A DNA stretch of 64,000 nucleotides from positions 71,734,001-71,798,000 of the forward strand of contig NC_134473.1 of NCBI RefSeq assembly GCF_964194025.1, given 5' to 3'. Below the pieces are notes generated by a model. The model had not been told where the DNA came from, ran no database searches, and worked only from the letters and a program-made list of their open reading frames with translations. Both the position numbers and the translations under genes were made by a program. This DNA comes from Convolutriloba macropyga (Eukaryota). Shown one piece after another: positions 13,554-26,368 of the stretch. Numbering within the stretch: the stretch's first letter is position 1; every line of letters begins with the position of its first letter.

Positions 13554-14020
13554 CTAATCCGCCAAAACGCTTGCGAGTGCAGAAACGGGGCGAACGAACA
13601 TACCGTAAGCCGTTTTTACCTTCACCACACGGTGTTGTCCATATCGTCCAGGGTACACCTCCAACACATGCCCAAGAGGCCAAATTCCTTCAGGAGTCAT
13701 GTCTTTCAGGATCCAGACAATGTCGTTAACTCTAAGCGGCGACTGATTGTTCTCATTCCATTTGGATTTCTTGAGTAGTGTCGGCAGGTATTATTTGACA
13801 AGTCGCTACCAGAAGTGGGTCATCATCTGTTGCAGATTTCACCATCTCTTGAAGCTAGCTGGAATTTGGCTGTCAAATTTTTCTGGTGGCAGAGAGTTGA
13901 ACGGACGACTGATCAGGAAGTGGTTAGGTGTGAGGCATCTCGTTGCCTGAATGATCAGCGAAACTTGTGAGGTTGTGAAGTCAGGTTGAATTCGCTCTCT
14001 ACCAGTATTGGTTTGAATAC
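13554..14020 (-). pseudogene. Mirror copy of the BEL/Pao pol fragment
   Basis: LTPNHFLISRPFNSLPPEKF...KSKW...IWPLGHVLEVYPGRYGQHRVVKVKTAYGMFVRPVSAL, with internal stops. Confidence 0.85.
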
Positions 14021-14544
14021 TATACAAACAGCGAAAAAGACGCTGCTGATCTTTCTAGGCTCAAAAAGGCTCTCACTTAACGTATTCCGAACAATACTGG
14101 TAGAGAGCGACGCCATCTTGAAATCAAGACCTCACAAATGTCGCTGATCTTCAAGACAACGAGATGGCTCTCCCACCTAACCACTTCCTGATCAGTCGTC
14201 CATTCAACTCTCTGCCACCAGGAAAATTTGAGAGCCAAATTCTAGCTAGGTTCAAGACATGCAGAAATCTGCAACAGATGATGACCCACTTCTGGTACCG
14301 ACTTGTCAAAGAATACCTGCCGACACAGCAAGAGATCAAAATGGAGAGAGAACAACCATTCGCCGCTTAGCGTTAACATTTTCTGGATCTTGAAAGACAT
14401 AAATCATTGTGAAATTTGGTCTCTTGGCCGTGTGTTGAGGTGTACCCTGGGCGATATGGACAACACCGTGATATGAAGGTAAAAACGGCTTACGGCATGT
14501 TCGTTCGCCCCGTTTCTGCACTCGCACGTGTTTTGGCGGATTAG
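14020..14544 (+). pseudogene. BEL/Pao pol fragment: integrase C-terminus plus DUF5641-like domain (frameshifted)
   Basis: Translates across shifts as IQTAKKTL...FRTILVESDAILKSRP...PNHFLISRPFNSLP...LQQMMTHFWYRLVKEYLPT...KW...WSLGRV..VYPG..G..R.MKVKTAYGMFVRPVSALARV*. This is the hallmark BEL/Pao tail. Confidence 0.88.
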
Positions 14545-14829
14545 CCACTTTTAAGATTTTTCACGTAACAGCTCTTAGGCAACTTGGGCTACTCCCTCTT
14601 CGACAACCTCTCCAAGTGTTGCTGGTCTCCTGTTCTTCATGGAGCATGTTGTGTAACAATCAAGTCAAGAGGGACAGCACATGAAAACTTGACTCAAGAC
14701 CTTGAACAAGTTGAAAACGGTTACCCGCAAAAATGTATGCATCAAAAATATACTAAAACCTTTACTGAATATAATCATTTCACTAGAGACCTTGTTTCCA
14801 TATATATAGATCAGCGATTAAAATCTGAC

Positions 14830-17800
14830 AAAATTTTCCGGAAACTTATAAGAAGCAAATTTGCTTTGTTTCATTAGGAAGTTTTTCTTCTGTGAGCTAA
14901 AATACTAAGAACTTGTTTTAAATGCGATGCTTGTAGGCAACAAGGGCTACGGGAAGGACGCAAAAAGTTGAAAAACTTCAAAAAAACAACAAGAAGCTCA
15001 AGATTTTGTAAAATTGTAATATTCTTATTTTCTGAAAACTTTCATATCAAAACTTGCGCCGCGCCGATTGTTTCAGCCGTTTTTCGCCTTCATTAAAGAA
15101 CTTCAACGTCTTCAACAGCAACAACCAGTCTACAGAACAAAAAGATACAAGATGTCCAAGCAGTTAAGCGCCGAATGCCAGTTTGCCCTCAAGGGTTCAA
15201 AGCGACAGCAATGACAAAAATCAGATCGACCTCTTAGAGAAAACCAATCAGCAACCGAAAAGTATCCGATCCCTGTCTTTGCTGATCGATCGAATTAGAG
15301 CTCAAAGAGTTGTCGCAGAACGTGATGGAACCACAGCCTCATCACAATACCGTAACATCAATCCTGGCCAGACAAGCCAAACTGACCAATCGTCTTAAAG
15401 AACTACAGTTGCAAGTCTTCAGGACAATGATGGTCAATTGAGCCGGATGAGAGATGACAGCAGTTTAGTTGCATGCAAAGGAAACCAATCCCGACGATCG
15501 ACACCTGTTTCAATAGATAACAACGACAGCCACCTCCAACGCGACAGAGCACAAAAGCAAAGTAGCACAGCCAACACTAATCAGCCACCTGCCATGGCTA
15601 AAAGCCTGAGAACTTGTTTTAGATGCGATCCTTGTAGGCAACAAGGGCTACGTGAAGGACGCAAAAAGTTGAAAAAATTTAAAAAACCACAAGAAGCTTG
15701 AAGATTTTGTAGAAATTGTAATTTTCATATTTTCTGAAAACTTTCCCTTTCTCCCACTCTTTGTTAATCTGAGTGATCTTGTGGTGCTTCTATTGCCCTC
15801 CAAAACCATGAAACAAGACCCTCTTTTTAATTGTTACTGAATTTCATTAAGAATTGAGATAACGTCTGAGATCTCTTTATGAAAAAGAATCCGTTTCGAT
15901 GATGAAAAAAATCAAAGATCGGTAACTTCTGAAACCATTCTTCTGACTTCATTCTTTTCCTCTCAGTAAGGTAACGTCTGAAATCAGTTTGCTAAAGGAC
16001 TTCGCAGACGGCAACGTCTAAGACCGAGGCCTTCTGCAAAAAACTAAGTTTTGCGCAAACAAATATTTTTTTGGGCTTTTTTGTTTGTCTTTGATGGGGA
16101 TGGCAAGATTTTTTCATTTATTTCTGACGAATTAAATTTTTGCTAAATTCTGTTGAAAAACACAGGAAACAATTTCAGAGACGGGTATGGGTTATAAAAA
16201 ATTGTTTTCATAAGAATATGAAGCCGACATTTCAAAAAGTTTTTTGCTTTCATCTGGTCAAAAACGGTTTTTTCGTTTTTTAAAAGCTAATTGATTTTAT
16301 CGAAGTAATTACTTTTTTGGCTCACTAACAACCAGTTCAAAAGTCATGTTGAACTATTAAAGGTAGATTTTATAAGAATTTCAGGCCAAGAATTTAAGAA
16401 ACTTTTTAATTTTCTGTTGTAAAAACTTTTTCGTCAATTTTCTTTTGAAAAGCCAGTTGATTTTACCGAAGTAATTAAATTTTCGGCTCACTTATGACTA
16501 TACATAAGAAAAATTTTTCCTGGTAGTTTTAGGTCTGGTGGTGGATCAGAGGCTGTTCCTCAAAGAGGACTCAATCGGTTTTTGAACTTTACAAAAAAGT
16601 TGTTTTAATCTAATTTTTGGTTAAAATTACTGTTGTGACACAACACAACATTCCTGTCTAACAAAGTAATCAAGGCATTTATCGTACATCGTTGAGCTAA
16701 CAATTTTAACGAAACAGTGAGTTCATTTGACAGGAAACAAGCAATTATTTGTGTCTGTTAGACAAAAGTTGAACGAAGCGCGCGGACGTTTAAAAAAAAC
16801 CTCCACTTTTCTCTAGAGCAAAAGCTAAATTTAGCAAAAACAAATTAGCGATAGCGACTTTGTAAAAAAGTTGCGTCGCTGAAAAAACCCGGTTCGTTAG
16901 CAATCAGATCTTAGACAATTTTTCAAATCAAAACTTGCGCCGCTCCGATTCTTTCAGCCGTTTTTCGCCTTCATTAAAGAACTTCAACGTCTTCAACAGC
17001 AACAACCAGTCTACAGAACAAAAAGATATAAGATGTCGAAGCAGTTAAGCGCCGTATGCCAGTTTGCCCTCAAGGGTTCAAAGCGACAGCAATGACAAAA
17101 ATCAGATCGACCTCTTAGAGAAAACCATTCAGCAACGGAAAAGAATCCGATCCCTGTCTTTGCTGATCGATCGAATTAGAGCTCAAAAAAGGAGCTCAAA
17201 GAGTTGTCACAGAACGTGATGGAACCACAGCCTCATCACAATACCGTAACATCAATCATGGCCAGACAAGCCAAACTGACCAATCGTCTTCATGAACTGA
17301 AGTTGCAAGTCTTCAGGACAAAGATGGTCAATTGAGCCGGATGAGAGTTGACGTCAGTTCAGTCGCATGCACAGGAAACCAATCCCGACGATCGACACCT
17401 GTTTCAACAGATGACAACAACGACAGCCAGCTCCAACGCGACGAGAACAAAAGCAAAGTAGCACAGCCAACACTAATCAGCCACTTGCCATCTCGGCTCG
17501 GCAAGGAAGACCAACACTCTTCAACATTCAACTGCTCCACATTCCACTTTTGTCTAACAGACCCAAATAATTGCTTGTTTCCTATCAAATGAATTCAATG
17601 TTTCATTGAAACTGCTAGCTCAACGATGTACGATAAAAGCCTTAATAAATTTAGTAGTCAGGAATTTTGAGTTGTGTCAACTATACCTTTAAAACAAAAA
17701 TTAGTCAAGAAAAAAAATTGTTACATTAAACAACTTTTTCGTAAAGTTTAAAACCTACTAAGTCTTCAAGCAACAGCTATTGAATTACCACCAGACATAA

Positions 17801-19110
17801 AAAATACCAGGAAAACTTTCTCTCACTTCCTTAACCCTAACCGTACAAACTTAGCAATTAAAATCTGACACAATTTATAACATCTGATAAAAGTAATAGA
17901 AGTTTAGAGGAAGCAATTTCGTTTTCTTTTTTTAAGAGTTCTGATTTTCTGTGGACTAAAAGCCTAAAAACTCGTTTCAAATCCGATCCGTGTAGACAAA
18001 AAGAGGTACGGGAGGGAAGCAAAAGGTTGAAAAAACTTTAAAAACCACATGAAGCTTGAGACATTGTGGAAGTTGTAATTTTCTTATTTTCTGAAAACTT
18101 TCCCTTTCTCCCACTCTTTGTCTATCTGAGTGATCTTGTGGTGCTTCTATTGCCCTCAAAAATCATGACATGAGAAACTCTTTTTTATTGTTACTGAATT
18201 TCTTTAAGAATTGAGATAACGTCTACGAGATCTATGAAAAAGAATCCGTTTCGACGATGAAAAAGATCGGTAAGTTCTGAAACCGTTTTTCTTTTCGTCA
18301 TTTTTTTCTTCTCAATATGGTAACGTTTAAAACCAGTTGGCTAAGAGACTTCGCAGACGGCAACGTCCAAGACCCAGGACTTCTGCAAAAAACTAAGTTT
18401 TTCGCAAAAAATATTTTTTGCTCTTCTTTGTTTGTTTTTGATGGGGATGGCGAGATTTTTTCAGTTATTTTTGACAAACTGAGTTTTTGCTAATTTCTGT
18501 TGAAAAACACAGAAAACTATTTCAGAGACGGGTTTGGTTTATAATAATTTGTTTTCATAAGAATATGAAGCCGACAATTTAAAAAAGGTTTCCTGATTTC
18601 ATCTGGTCAAAAACGTTCTCGTCATTTTAGTTTTTGAAAAGCTAACTGATTTTATCGAAATAATTCTTTTTTGGCTCAATAACAACTAGTTCAAAGCTGA
18701 AGTTGAATTATTAAAGGTATATTCTGAGAAAATCAGGCCAAGAATTTACGAAAGTTTCTGTGTCACTTTTTTATCGTCTTTTTCGTTTTTGAAAAAATAT
18801 TTGATTTTATCGAAGTAACTACTTTTGTGGCCCGCTAACAACTAGTTTAAAAGCGAAGTTGAACTATTAAAGGTAGATTCTATGAATATATCAGTCCAAG
18901 AATTTAAAGAACGTTTTTTTCGTCAATTTTCGTTTTTGAAAATCTAATTGATTTTATCGAAGTAAAAACTTTTTTGGCTCACTAACAACTAGTTGAACAG
19001 TGAAGTTGAACTATTAACGGTAGATTCTACGAGATTATCAGGTCAAGAAATTAAAGACCGTTTTTTGGATTTCTGTTGACAAAAACGGTTTCTTTTCGTC
19101 AATTTTCTTT
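14830..19110. repeat. Rearranged local duplication block: segment X (about 15045-15590, again 16929-17492) and segment Y (about 14815-15045 partial, 15598-16500, 17850-19110); Y contains about 150-bp tandem units
   Basis: Direct sequence identity between copies. Recurrent unit ttgattttatcgaagtaa...gttgaactattaaaggtagatt at about 16290, 18645, 18800 and 18950 (partial at 16455). Confidence 0.85.
16508..17822. mobile_element. Foldback/long-TIR non-autonomous element (TIRs about 16508-16773 and 17542-17822) enclosing segment X
   Basis: e.g. GGAAACAAGCAATTATTTGTGTCTGTTAGACAAAAGT near 16733 vs ACTTTTGTCTAACAGACCCAAATAATTGCTTGTTTCC near 17546; outer TTTTCCTGGTA / TACCAGGAAAA. No TSD identified. 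Confidence 0.65.
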
Positions 19111-19484
19111 TTTATGAACGACTTCTTGCCCTAAGAATTTGTCATTGCGTTCATTTAATTTAAACAAGTATAAATCAAAAAATATTGCCTAAAATGGACG
19201 TGAAAATGAGATAAAATGGGACAAGTTTTAGGTTTTAATTTCTCTTCTTTTTACCTGTAAAAAATTGATTTTTGGATTGCCGAGGAACAGGATTTCTTGA
19301 GGTGACGTCTGAAACCTCGTGCGGTCAGCAACGGTGACGTCTGAAACCCTAGTAGAAAAAAATCCTCCAGGGGTAACCTCTGACACCCCCAAAAAAATCG
19401 CCATTCTGCGTAACGTCTGTAACCCAAAAATTTGGCTCAAACCCAAAGCGTCTTTAGGACCTTTGTCTTTAGTCTTTTGATCTT

Positions 19485-19678
19485 TGGTGTTCTGTAGTTT
19501 GTGCGTCGCACAGTCTTAGTTCTCACGTCTTTGATGTGGCAGCTGTTTGGTGATGCATTTGTCTTGTGCCCAGCACAAAATTAAGAACTCGCATGTGGGG
19601 AGACCCATGTCCGGCATTTAGGGACGTAAAAGAAGGTTTTGTTCGAAGGAGGCTCGAAGAAGGGTCACCAATTACTTG

Positions 19679-19738
<60 letters not shown>

Positions 19739-19871
19739 AAACAATTTCTATAGTCAAAGAATTATATTAAGTAAAGGTTTTTACAGTTTTTTTGATGACT
19801 ACATATTTGCGTGTTCAAGGACTTGAGTCAAGTTTTCATGCGCTGTCTCTTGACTTGATTGTTACACAACA
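19485..19871 (-). mobile_element. Probable BEL/Pao solo LTR with an expanded (TA)n at the TATA position
   Basis: Homology to 14647-14811 stops exactly at TGTTGTGTAAC, the sequence following the purine-rich GGAGCA downstream of pol. Termini are TGTTGT...ACACCA. Flanks atctt/atcta are a 4/5 TSD match. Confidence 0.65.
19682..19736. repeat. (TA)n microsatellite
   Basis: Direct read. Confidence 0.98.
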
Positions 19872-20197
19872 ATCTAGCCGTCTCAAAGAGCACGTTAGGT
19901 GTACCGTAGCTGCTATTAAAAGCAGAATATCTGCCGGAAAATAGCCACCGTTGACCACCCGCTCGACGCATATCGGGATTGAAAAAAATTTAAAATTGGC
20001 AGATGTTGTTTTGAAGTGTCAAAAATTGTTCTAATTTGTTGTGCAGTTTCAGTTAGATAACAAACTTATACTTGATTCATTTTCTGAACCAAAGACTATA
20101 GAAAGTATGACAGAATGCACAAGAGGTAATTCCAAGTACAGCTCTCAGATTTATTTGAGCAGCAATTTTGAGAATTCAGGTTTGTTTGTGACCTTAC

Positions 20198-20366
20198 CGT
20201 CATCAGCCTGGACCATGATGGTTGGTGAATTGTTATCAGGGGTCTCTCTTCCCAATATGGTGTATATGGTGGTGTTGAAGGTGTGAGATATGTTATTATG
20301 CGCAGTTCCCACCGTCTCTTTAACCCAAAACTCGGTACGGTACAGGATAGTCTCTAACCGTTCCAT
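20198..20366 (-). CDS. Internal exon (MERLETILYRTEFWVKE...MVQADDG); 5' boundary uncertain
   Basis: Strong donor G|GTAAGG at 20197, phase 1. The proposed acceptor cttttattgag|ATG is a rarer GAG; it could instead be an alternative first exon. Confidence 0.7.
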
Positions 20367-23036
20367 CTCAATAAAAGATTGTCAAACTCAGAAAAGGTTT
20401 TAAATGTCTCAACTCAAAGCTTTTCAGACGCTCAAAAATAACTGAAGTTAACGCATTGTATGGAAAAATATTTGTACGCTTTTTAGTGTCATACAATTCA
20501 ACAAAAGAACACTTGTTTTAAGCGCTTTGGATTAATTTAATCAGTATTAAAAATCTCAAGAGCTTAGACAACAAATAAGTCAGTAAACGATTGACGATCA
20601 TTTTATTATGAAAGAGCAGCTGCCGATCGTGACTTGAGAGCTGATAATACATCGACTCAACATTCATTTAACGAATGGTCAACACAGTATCAAAATTAAT
20701 GAAAATATATTGTGCGGCGATTTAAGTTTCCTGTAATTCTAAAGAGATTCTGACACGCTATGTGGTTTAGGTCGAGTGATATGGGTGTGGAAATAGGGCG
20801 GATTGTAGAAGTAAATGGTAAATGGGCGCTGGACGAGAGACGAGGTGCTGAGGGGCTATGGATTAGAAATAAAGCGTTAGATAATACGGAGTGTGTTAGT
20901 TAGCTGTGGCGGAAACACAGGACGGAAATGGACTCGGTGTGATATAGAAAAAGACAAGACAACCGAGTCAATTAGGACGAATGGGTAAGATAAGAGTGAG
21001 ATCATGACGTACACAATTCCCAGCCAACTTATCATCCATTATCCATGTTTAATCTTTCACCATATACTCCCAATATACTCCTTATTAACGTAAATTAGTT
21101 CAGTCTGGAAAAAGTAATCCCAAACTTTTTATGCCGTTCCTTAAACTAACGTCGACCAATGAATTTACAACACACGAAAAGAATAGCAGAACTTCAAACT
21201 ATAAAAAATTGAGGTAATTAACTCAAGCCTCTGTAAAATAAAGCTCAACTAACTAACTAACTATTAATTATTACGTTTTTTGAAGACTGTTATTGATGTG
21301 GTTGGTTAGCATGTTTGACGTCGGCGTCATATGGAAATATCAGCTAAATGTCGCCGTAATTTATTCAACAGTATGTAAATGTCGCTGTGTGAACAGGGAC
21401 TCCATTTCATTAACAACCATAAATGGAAACTAAACTTGTTCAATTTTGCGTTAATGATTGCAAATGACATTTGCATGCCTGCTGTCCATAAGATCTCCAA
21501 TTTCTTTAAAAGGTAGGAAGGTAGCGGTAATACACACAACCCACAAAAAACGGACTGAGTAAAAAAAGGTTAGCAATGCAAAAGTTCGAAATCTGTCCAC
21601 ATCGAGCGACAATAAAACAAATAACATATTAGCATAATACATCCTATCGATAGATTGAGGCAACCATATACGGGATTAAGCATTTATTGTTACAGGGGAT
21701 AAAATTGGTAGAACTTTGAAGCTCTCTCATTAAAATTGAGGTCACCTATTCTGATTTTAGTATAGCACTTTAGTGTGCAATTCAAATCAACTCCTGCATT
21801 TTTGAAACAGAGTATAATATAATGGTGGAGTTTTTTCAACACATGGACAAGACTGGACAAGTGAGGTTAACGCTTAATGCAACCAAACGACCTGTTATAT
21901 GTAATGAAAAAGAGGTATGTGTTATAATATTACACAGGAAGGCAGCCCACAAACCGGGTAAGGGAAGGGGCTACTTCAAAACAGGCAGACAACGCAACCA
22001 GTGAATAAAAGGTGGAAATAAGTTCCAGTTCCTGTTTTGTTTCCAGTAGATAACCGAATTATAAAAGCCGCCATTCAGATACATGGATTGGGGTTGCCTT
22101 ACTAACAAGTAACCCTAAAAGTGGTACTTGCATGAGTCTAGTAGCATCTGTTCCAATTATATGTTACAAGGTCGACAAGCAATCCAGCCTGTCCGTAATA
22201 GGCATCACATGGACATCGAGAACTTCAAGCTCCCAGAAAATTTTGTAGGGAGTCCTAACTTTCTGATGTTCTAGATTCCAGTCATTTATTGGCTATTAGT
22301 TCCGAAAAAATGGTTACATGACATTTTTACACGATGTCACAAAGAAAAAATGTTGATGCAAAACCCGATGAGGCTAGGCGATTCCATTATAAATCATCTC
22401 GATTAGGTTCTATTTGCTAATTGATTCCTGATAATTTGATCTATAGGATAAAATATGTGGCATTGGTTATTTTGCCCTGGAAAGAAAATGATATTTAAAA
22501 TTGTGTGCCAAAATGTATATCGAAAATGAACGCTGTTTTTCTTTTTTAAATAGACACTAAGCAAAGTTCCTCACAGTGAGAGCTCAGCAAGGAGGGTTGC
22601 ATGTCTATGCTTTGCACGAAAGTAATTGACAAAATAAAGAAGCATCAAACAAGAAATCTATTGAATAAACGTTTCCATTGCATAAGTATTTAACTTTAAA
22701 TGCAGCTCAAAAGCTTGAGGAAACAATAATTTTCAAGATAAAAATGATATTGGGACAATATTTAAACTTCGGTTACAATTATTAACAGAGACTAAATTTT
22801 AACATGAATTAGATTATAGCCGTCAGGAAGCTGGAAAGCAGACCATCGATATTACGCTCCAAAATCACGAAAGAAATGAGACTTAAAGGAAACAATAATT
22901 TTTAAAAATATTTGCCTCCTCAAGCATTCATGAACAGCTTTGGGGAACAGCTAGCTCATCTGCCACCTAAAGTTTGCCTCGTGAAAATAGGCAATGCTGT
23001 ACACATAGAGTAAACTAAAGTTCTAATTAAGAGAGC

Positions 23037-23037
23037 T

Positions 23038-23088
<51 letters not shown>
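23037..23088. repeat. (GA)n microsatellite, probably the 3' tail of the LINE
   Basis: Direct read; lies about 390 nt past the ORF2 stop on the minus strand. Confidence 0.9.
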
Positions 23089-23477
23089 TTAATTCCTCTG
23101 AGTATGAATAAACATCAAAATATAACACATGACAAAATTTCCTACTTTTAGAGTTCAAGAAAAGAAAGCGTCAAGTTATCTTTGCATTATACATAAAAAA
23201 ATTGTACACTCAGAGAGGACAGTTTACGAATCCGACTGGATCACTGAGCACTACCCTTAATTCTTTTTTTACAATTGGATATGACTATTCAAAAAGAAAA
23301 AAAATTCACTATTGAAAGATAATAGATAAATTCTCAATTTATTTGATGGAATTTTAAATTTTTGACAAAGTTTTTCACCCCTTTATGAGACCCCGGCGAC
23401 AGCAAATTGAATCATTTTGTGTTGTCTTTTCAATAACTTTAAAAAAAATTCCGCGAAAGGTGTACACAAAGTCGCAA

Positions 23478-26368
23478 TTAAGAGAAGATTGTTTTTGTTA
23501 ATTCATAATTCGATAAAATGTAATTGTCTCTAATCTTGTGCACAAGACTGACAAACGAAAAACTAGAAAACTCCTTATATTTTGATGGTAACATATTGTT
23601 TTCCATAAAAATATTAAGTAATTTGGCACCTCTGTATCTCAATGAATTCCTTTCGGAATTTCGTTTACACTTTGGTACTTTCAAAAACCATTTCGATGAT
23701 CTTCTTGTGGAATTGTTTGACCGGGATTCGAAAAAAAATAACTCATTAAGATATGTATCTGTGTGCATTTTATTTACTGATTTCATTACAAATTTAAGAA
23801 GTTCGTAAATATGCAATTCGTGAGCAGTTAAGACCTTGTATTTCTCAAAAACTGTGTTACATTTTCTGTGTATTTCTGGAGCAAAATGAGTCTGAGAATA
23901 TTTTTCTGCAATAGAACTAAACGATGAAGGGTAGTAAAGCTCACACATCCATATATCAGCACACCATATTGAATGATTGGTTTGGTATTTGATGAATAAC
24001 ACTGGAGTAAAATACTTTTTGGTAAATATTGCCTTAATTTTGACACTACTCCGCACCGCATTGATAATTTTTTCTTCACATCCTCAATGTGTTCTGTGAA
24101 TTTGATTTTCAATCCAAGCGCACTCCGAGATACTTGCAGCTTTCTGACTCAGTTATATTGAGCATTTAATTCAAATACGGAAAACCTATTGACATTAGAG
24201 GCACTGATTCCTATTTTAATATTCATTAGACAACTTTTTTCAGGATTAAGAGACAGCTTGTTAACATTGAGCCATTTCTCTACATTGACCAAATCCTTTT
24301 GCATTGACTCAAAATCACTATTGACTGCTGTTAAGTTAGCATCATCTGCGAAGAGAAAAGTTCTGAAGACTTGGCACACGTCTGGAAGGTCATTTATGTA
24401 TATTAAAAAAGTAGTGGGCCAAAAATCGAGCCTTGTGGAACACCACAGTTTAACATCAGCCAGCTATAGTTGAAATTATTGACTGAAACACATTGCTGTC
24501 TTTCCGATAAATAATCAATAATCCATCTTAGGCAAATTCCTCTTATACCATATAGTTCAAGCTTTTGTAATAGGATTTGGTGGTCTATCGTGTCAAAAGC
24601 CTTTCTTAAGTCAATAAAAAATGTGGCTACCTGACAATTGAGGCTCACATGAACTGTTTCTGTTAATTTTGCAATGGCATCAATAGTGCTATGTTTTTTT
24701 CGAAAACCAAATTGATTAGGATGGAACAAACCGAAAGTTTCAAAGTAATTTTAAATTCGATTATACATAACGCGTTCAAAAACTTTACTCCACACAAGGA
24801 GAAGCGAAATTGGTCGGTAATTATTTATCTCGTCTTTCGCCCCTGCCTTGTGCATAGGTACAATTTTAGCTTGTTTTAGAATACTTGGAAATTTACCGTC
24901 TTTAAAAGATTTATTTACGAGATGAACAAGATGCTTGCAAATTAAGAAACCTGTTTTCTTAATCAAAATCGTACTAAAATCATCAACTCCCAAAGATGAT
25001 TTTTCTTTGAGATCCTCAATTAATTCCAAGAGTTCGTTGCAATTTGTTTCATAAAGCCACATACTCTGCAAAATATTAACCTCAGGATTAACAAAAATCT
25101 CATTAGGGATGTCTGCTTTTAGTTTTTGTCCTAAACCTACAAAAAAAGTGTTGAGCTCGTTTGCAACATCTAGAATATCATCAATTCTTCTACCATCTTT
25201 TATTAGGTAAGGAACTTTAGTTTTTTTAATAGTAACTCCCTTGAGCTCATTTAAAAATATATAAACTTGTTTTGAGCCGATGCATTTTGAGAACTTTTGC
25301 TCATAGTAAGAATTCTTTTTGGCTTTGATTGTTTTCTCTACTTTAGTTCGTAGTGCTTTAAATTTCTCTAATTTTTGGTTGTTCTGACGGTCCGTTTTCC
25401 ATGACTTGTGTGATTATTTTCTTTTGCAAATCAAATTTTTCATATTTTTTATCAAACCAATTAGGATTTTTTAATTGTATTCCTGCTTGACCTACGATAT
25501 GGTGCAAACATTGCTAATACTTCTTTAAAAGTATTTTCAAATCTGTCAAAAGCACAGCTTATACTTTCCGTTTCCTGGTTCTTCTCAAATTCCAACACAA
25601 TAGGAAAGTGATCGCAATAATTGTGATCCCCCACTACAAAAGTTTTCAGAATCCTTAAATTTTTACAAAAAAGTGATCCAAACAAGTCGAGGTATTTCGG
25701 CTGATACAAGTTGGCTCACGACATCATGGTTGAAAACCATTTGATTGCATAGTCCATAGATATGATGACGTCATCAGATTTTTATCTAGCACGTTGATGT
25801 TGAAGTCCCCGCAAACAATTATTCTGTCATAACTTTCAATGATCTTTTCTAATGTTTTATCGAGCTCAAAAATGAAATTCTGCTTGTTAATTCTGGGGGG
25901 ATTATAAACCACTAACAGAGCAACCTTTAACTCTCCGAATTTCAAGTGAAACAAAAGACTTTCATTCAATTTGCAATTCAGCTCTTCAATCAAGATCACC
26001 TCATCACTTATTTGGATCATAATACCTCCACCCCTACCACTTCTTAAATTTGACAAGCAATTATTGTAATTTGTTACCTTGAAAAAAATCGGATCATCAT
26101 TAACTGTTAGCCAAGATTCTGTTAAACACATGACGGAAGATGGAGACTCAAAACAAGATATCAGTGCCTCTAATTCTTCATGATCATTTTTAATGGAGCC
26201 AGTATTTAAGTGTAAAATTTTGAAGTGATTAGATGCAGATCTAAATTTGGTCGCTTTATTTAATCTAAGGGGTGAACTCCTATGTTCCAGACTCTTCACA
26301 GCACTCTTCGCTCCGAAACGGCTGTTCCTCAATATCAGCAAGAATTTTCTTTGGCATTCGGCGAACAA
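23478..26368 (-). pseudogene. LINE ORF2 (APE endonuclease plus reverse transcriptase), broken into at least 7 fragments
   Basis: APE motifs: ILHLNTGSI, CLTESWL, GGGIM, VYNPP, CGDFNI, DHFPI. RT motifs: NYRPISLL, QFGFRKKHST, FIDLRKAFDTIDH, GVPQGS, LFADD, LSLNPEKS. Confidence 0.93.

Larger units (their letters stand above)
13310..14811. repeat. Long imperfect palindrome (arms about 13310-14020 and 14080-14790, loop about 60 nt) derived from the 3' end of a BEL/Pao LTR retrotransposon
   Basis: The arms are reverse complements throughout, e.g. TCGCTCTCTACCAGTATTG near 13992 vs CAATACTGGTAGAGAGCGA near 14091. Confidence 0.92.

Noticed and set aside
19680-19760. TCTATATATA... as a canonical Helitron 5' end
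   Set aside because: The adjoining sequence is homologous to the region just after BEL pol and ends at TGTTG, so it is better explained as an LTR TATA region.
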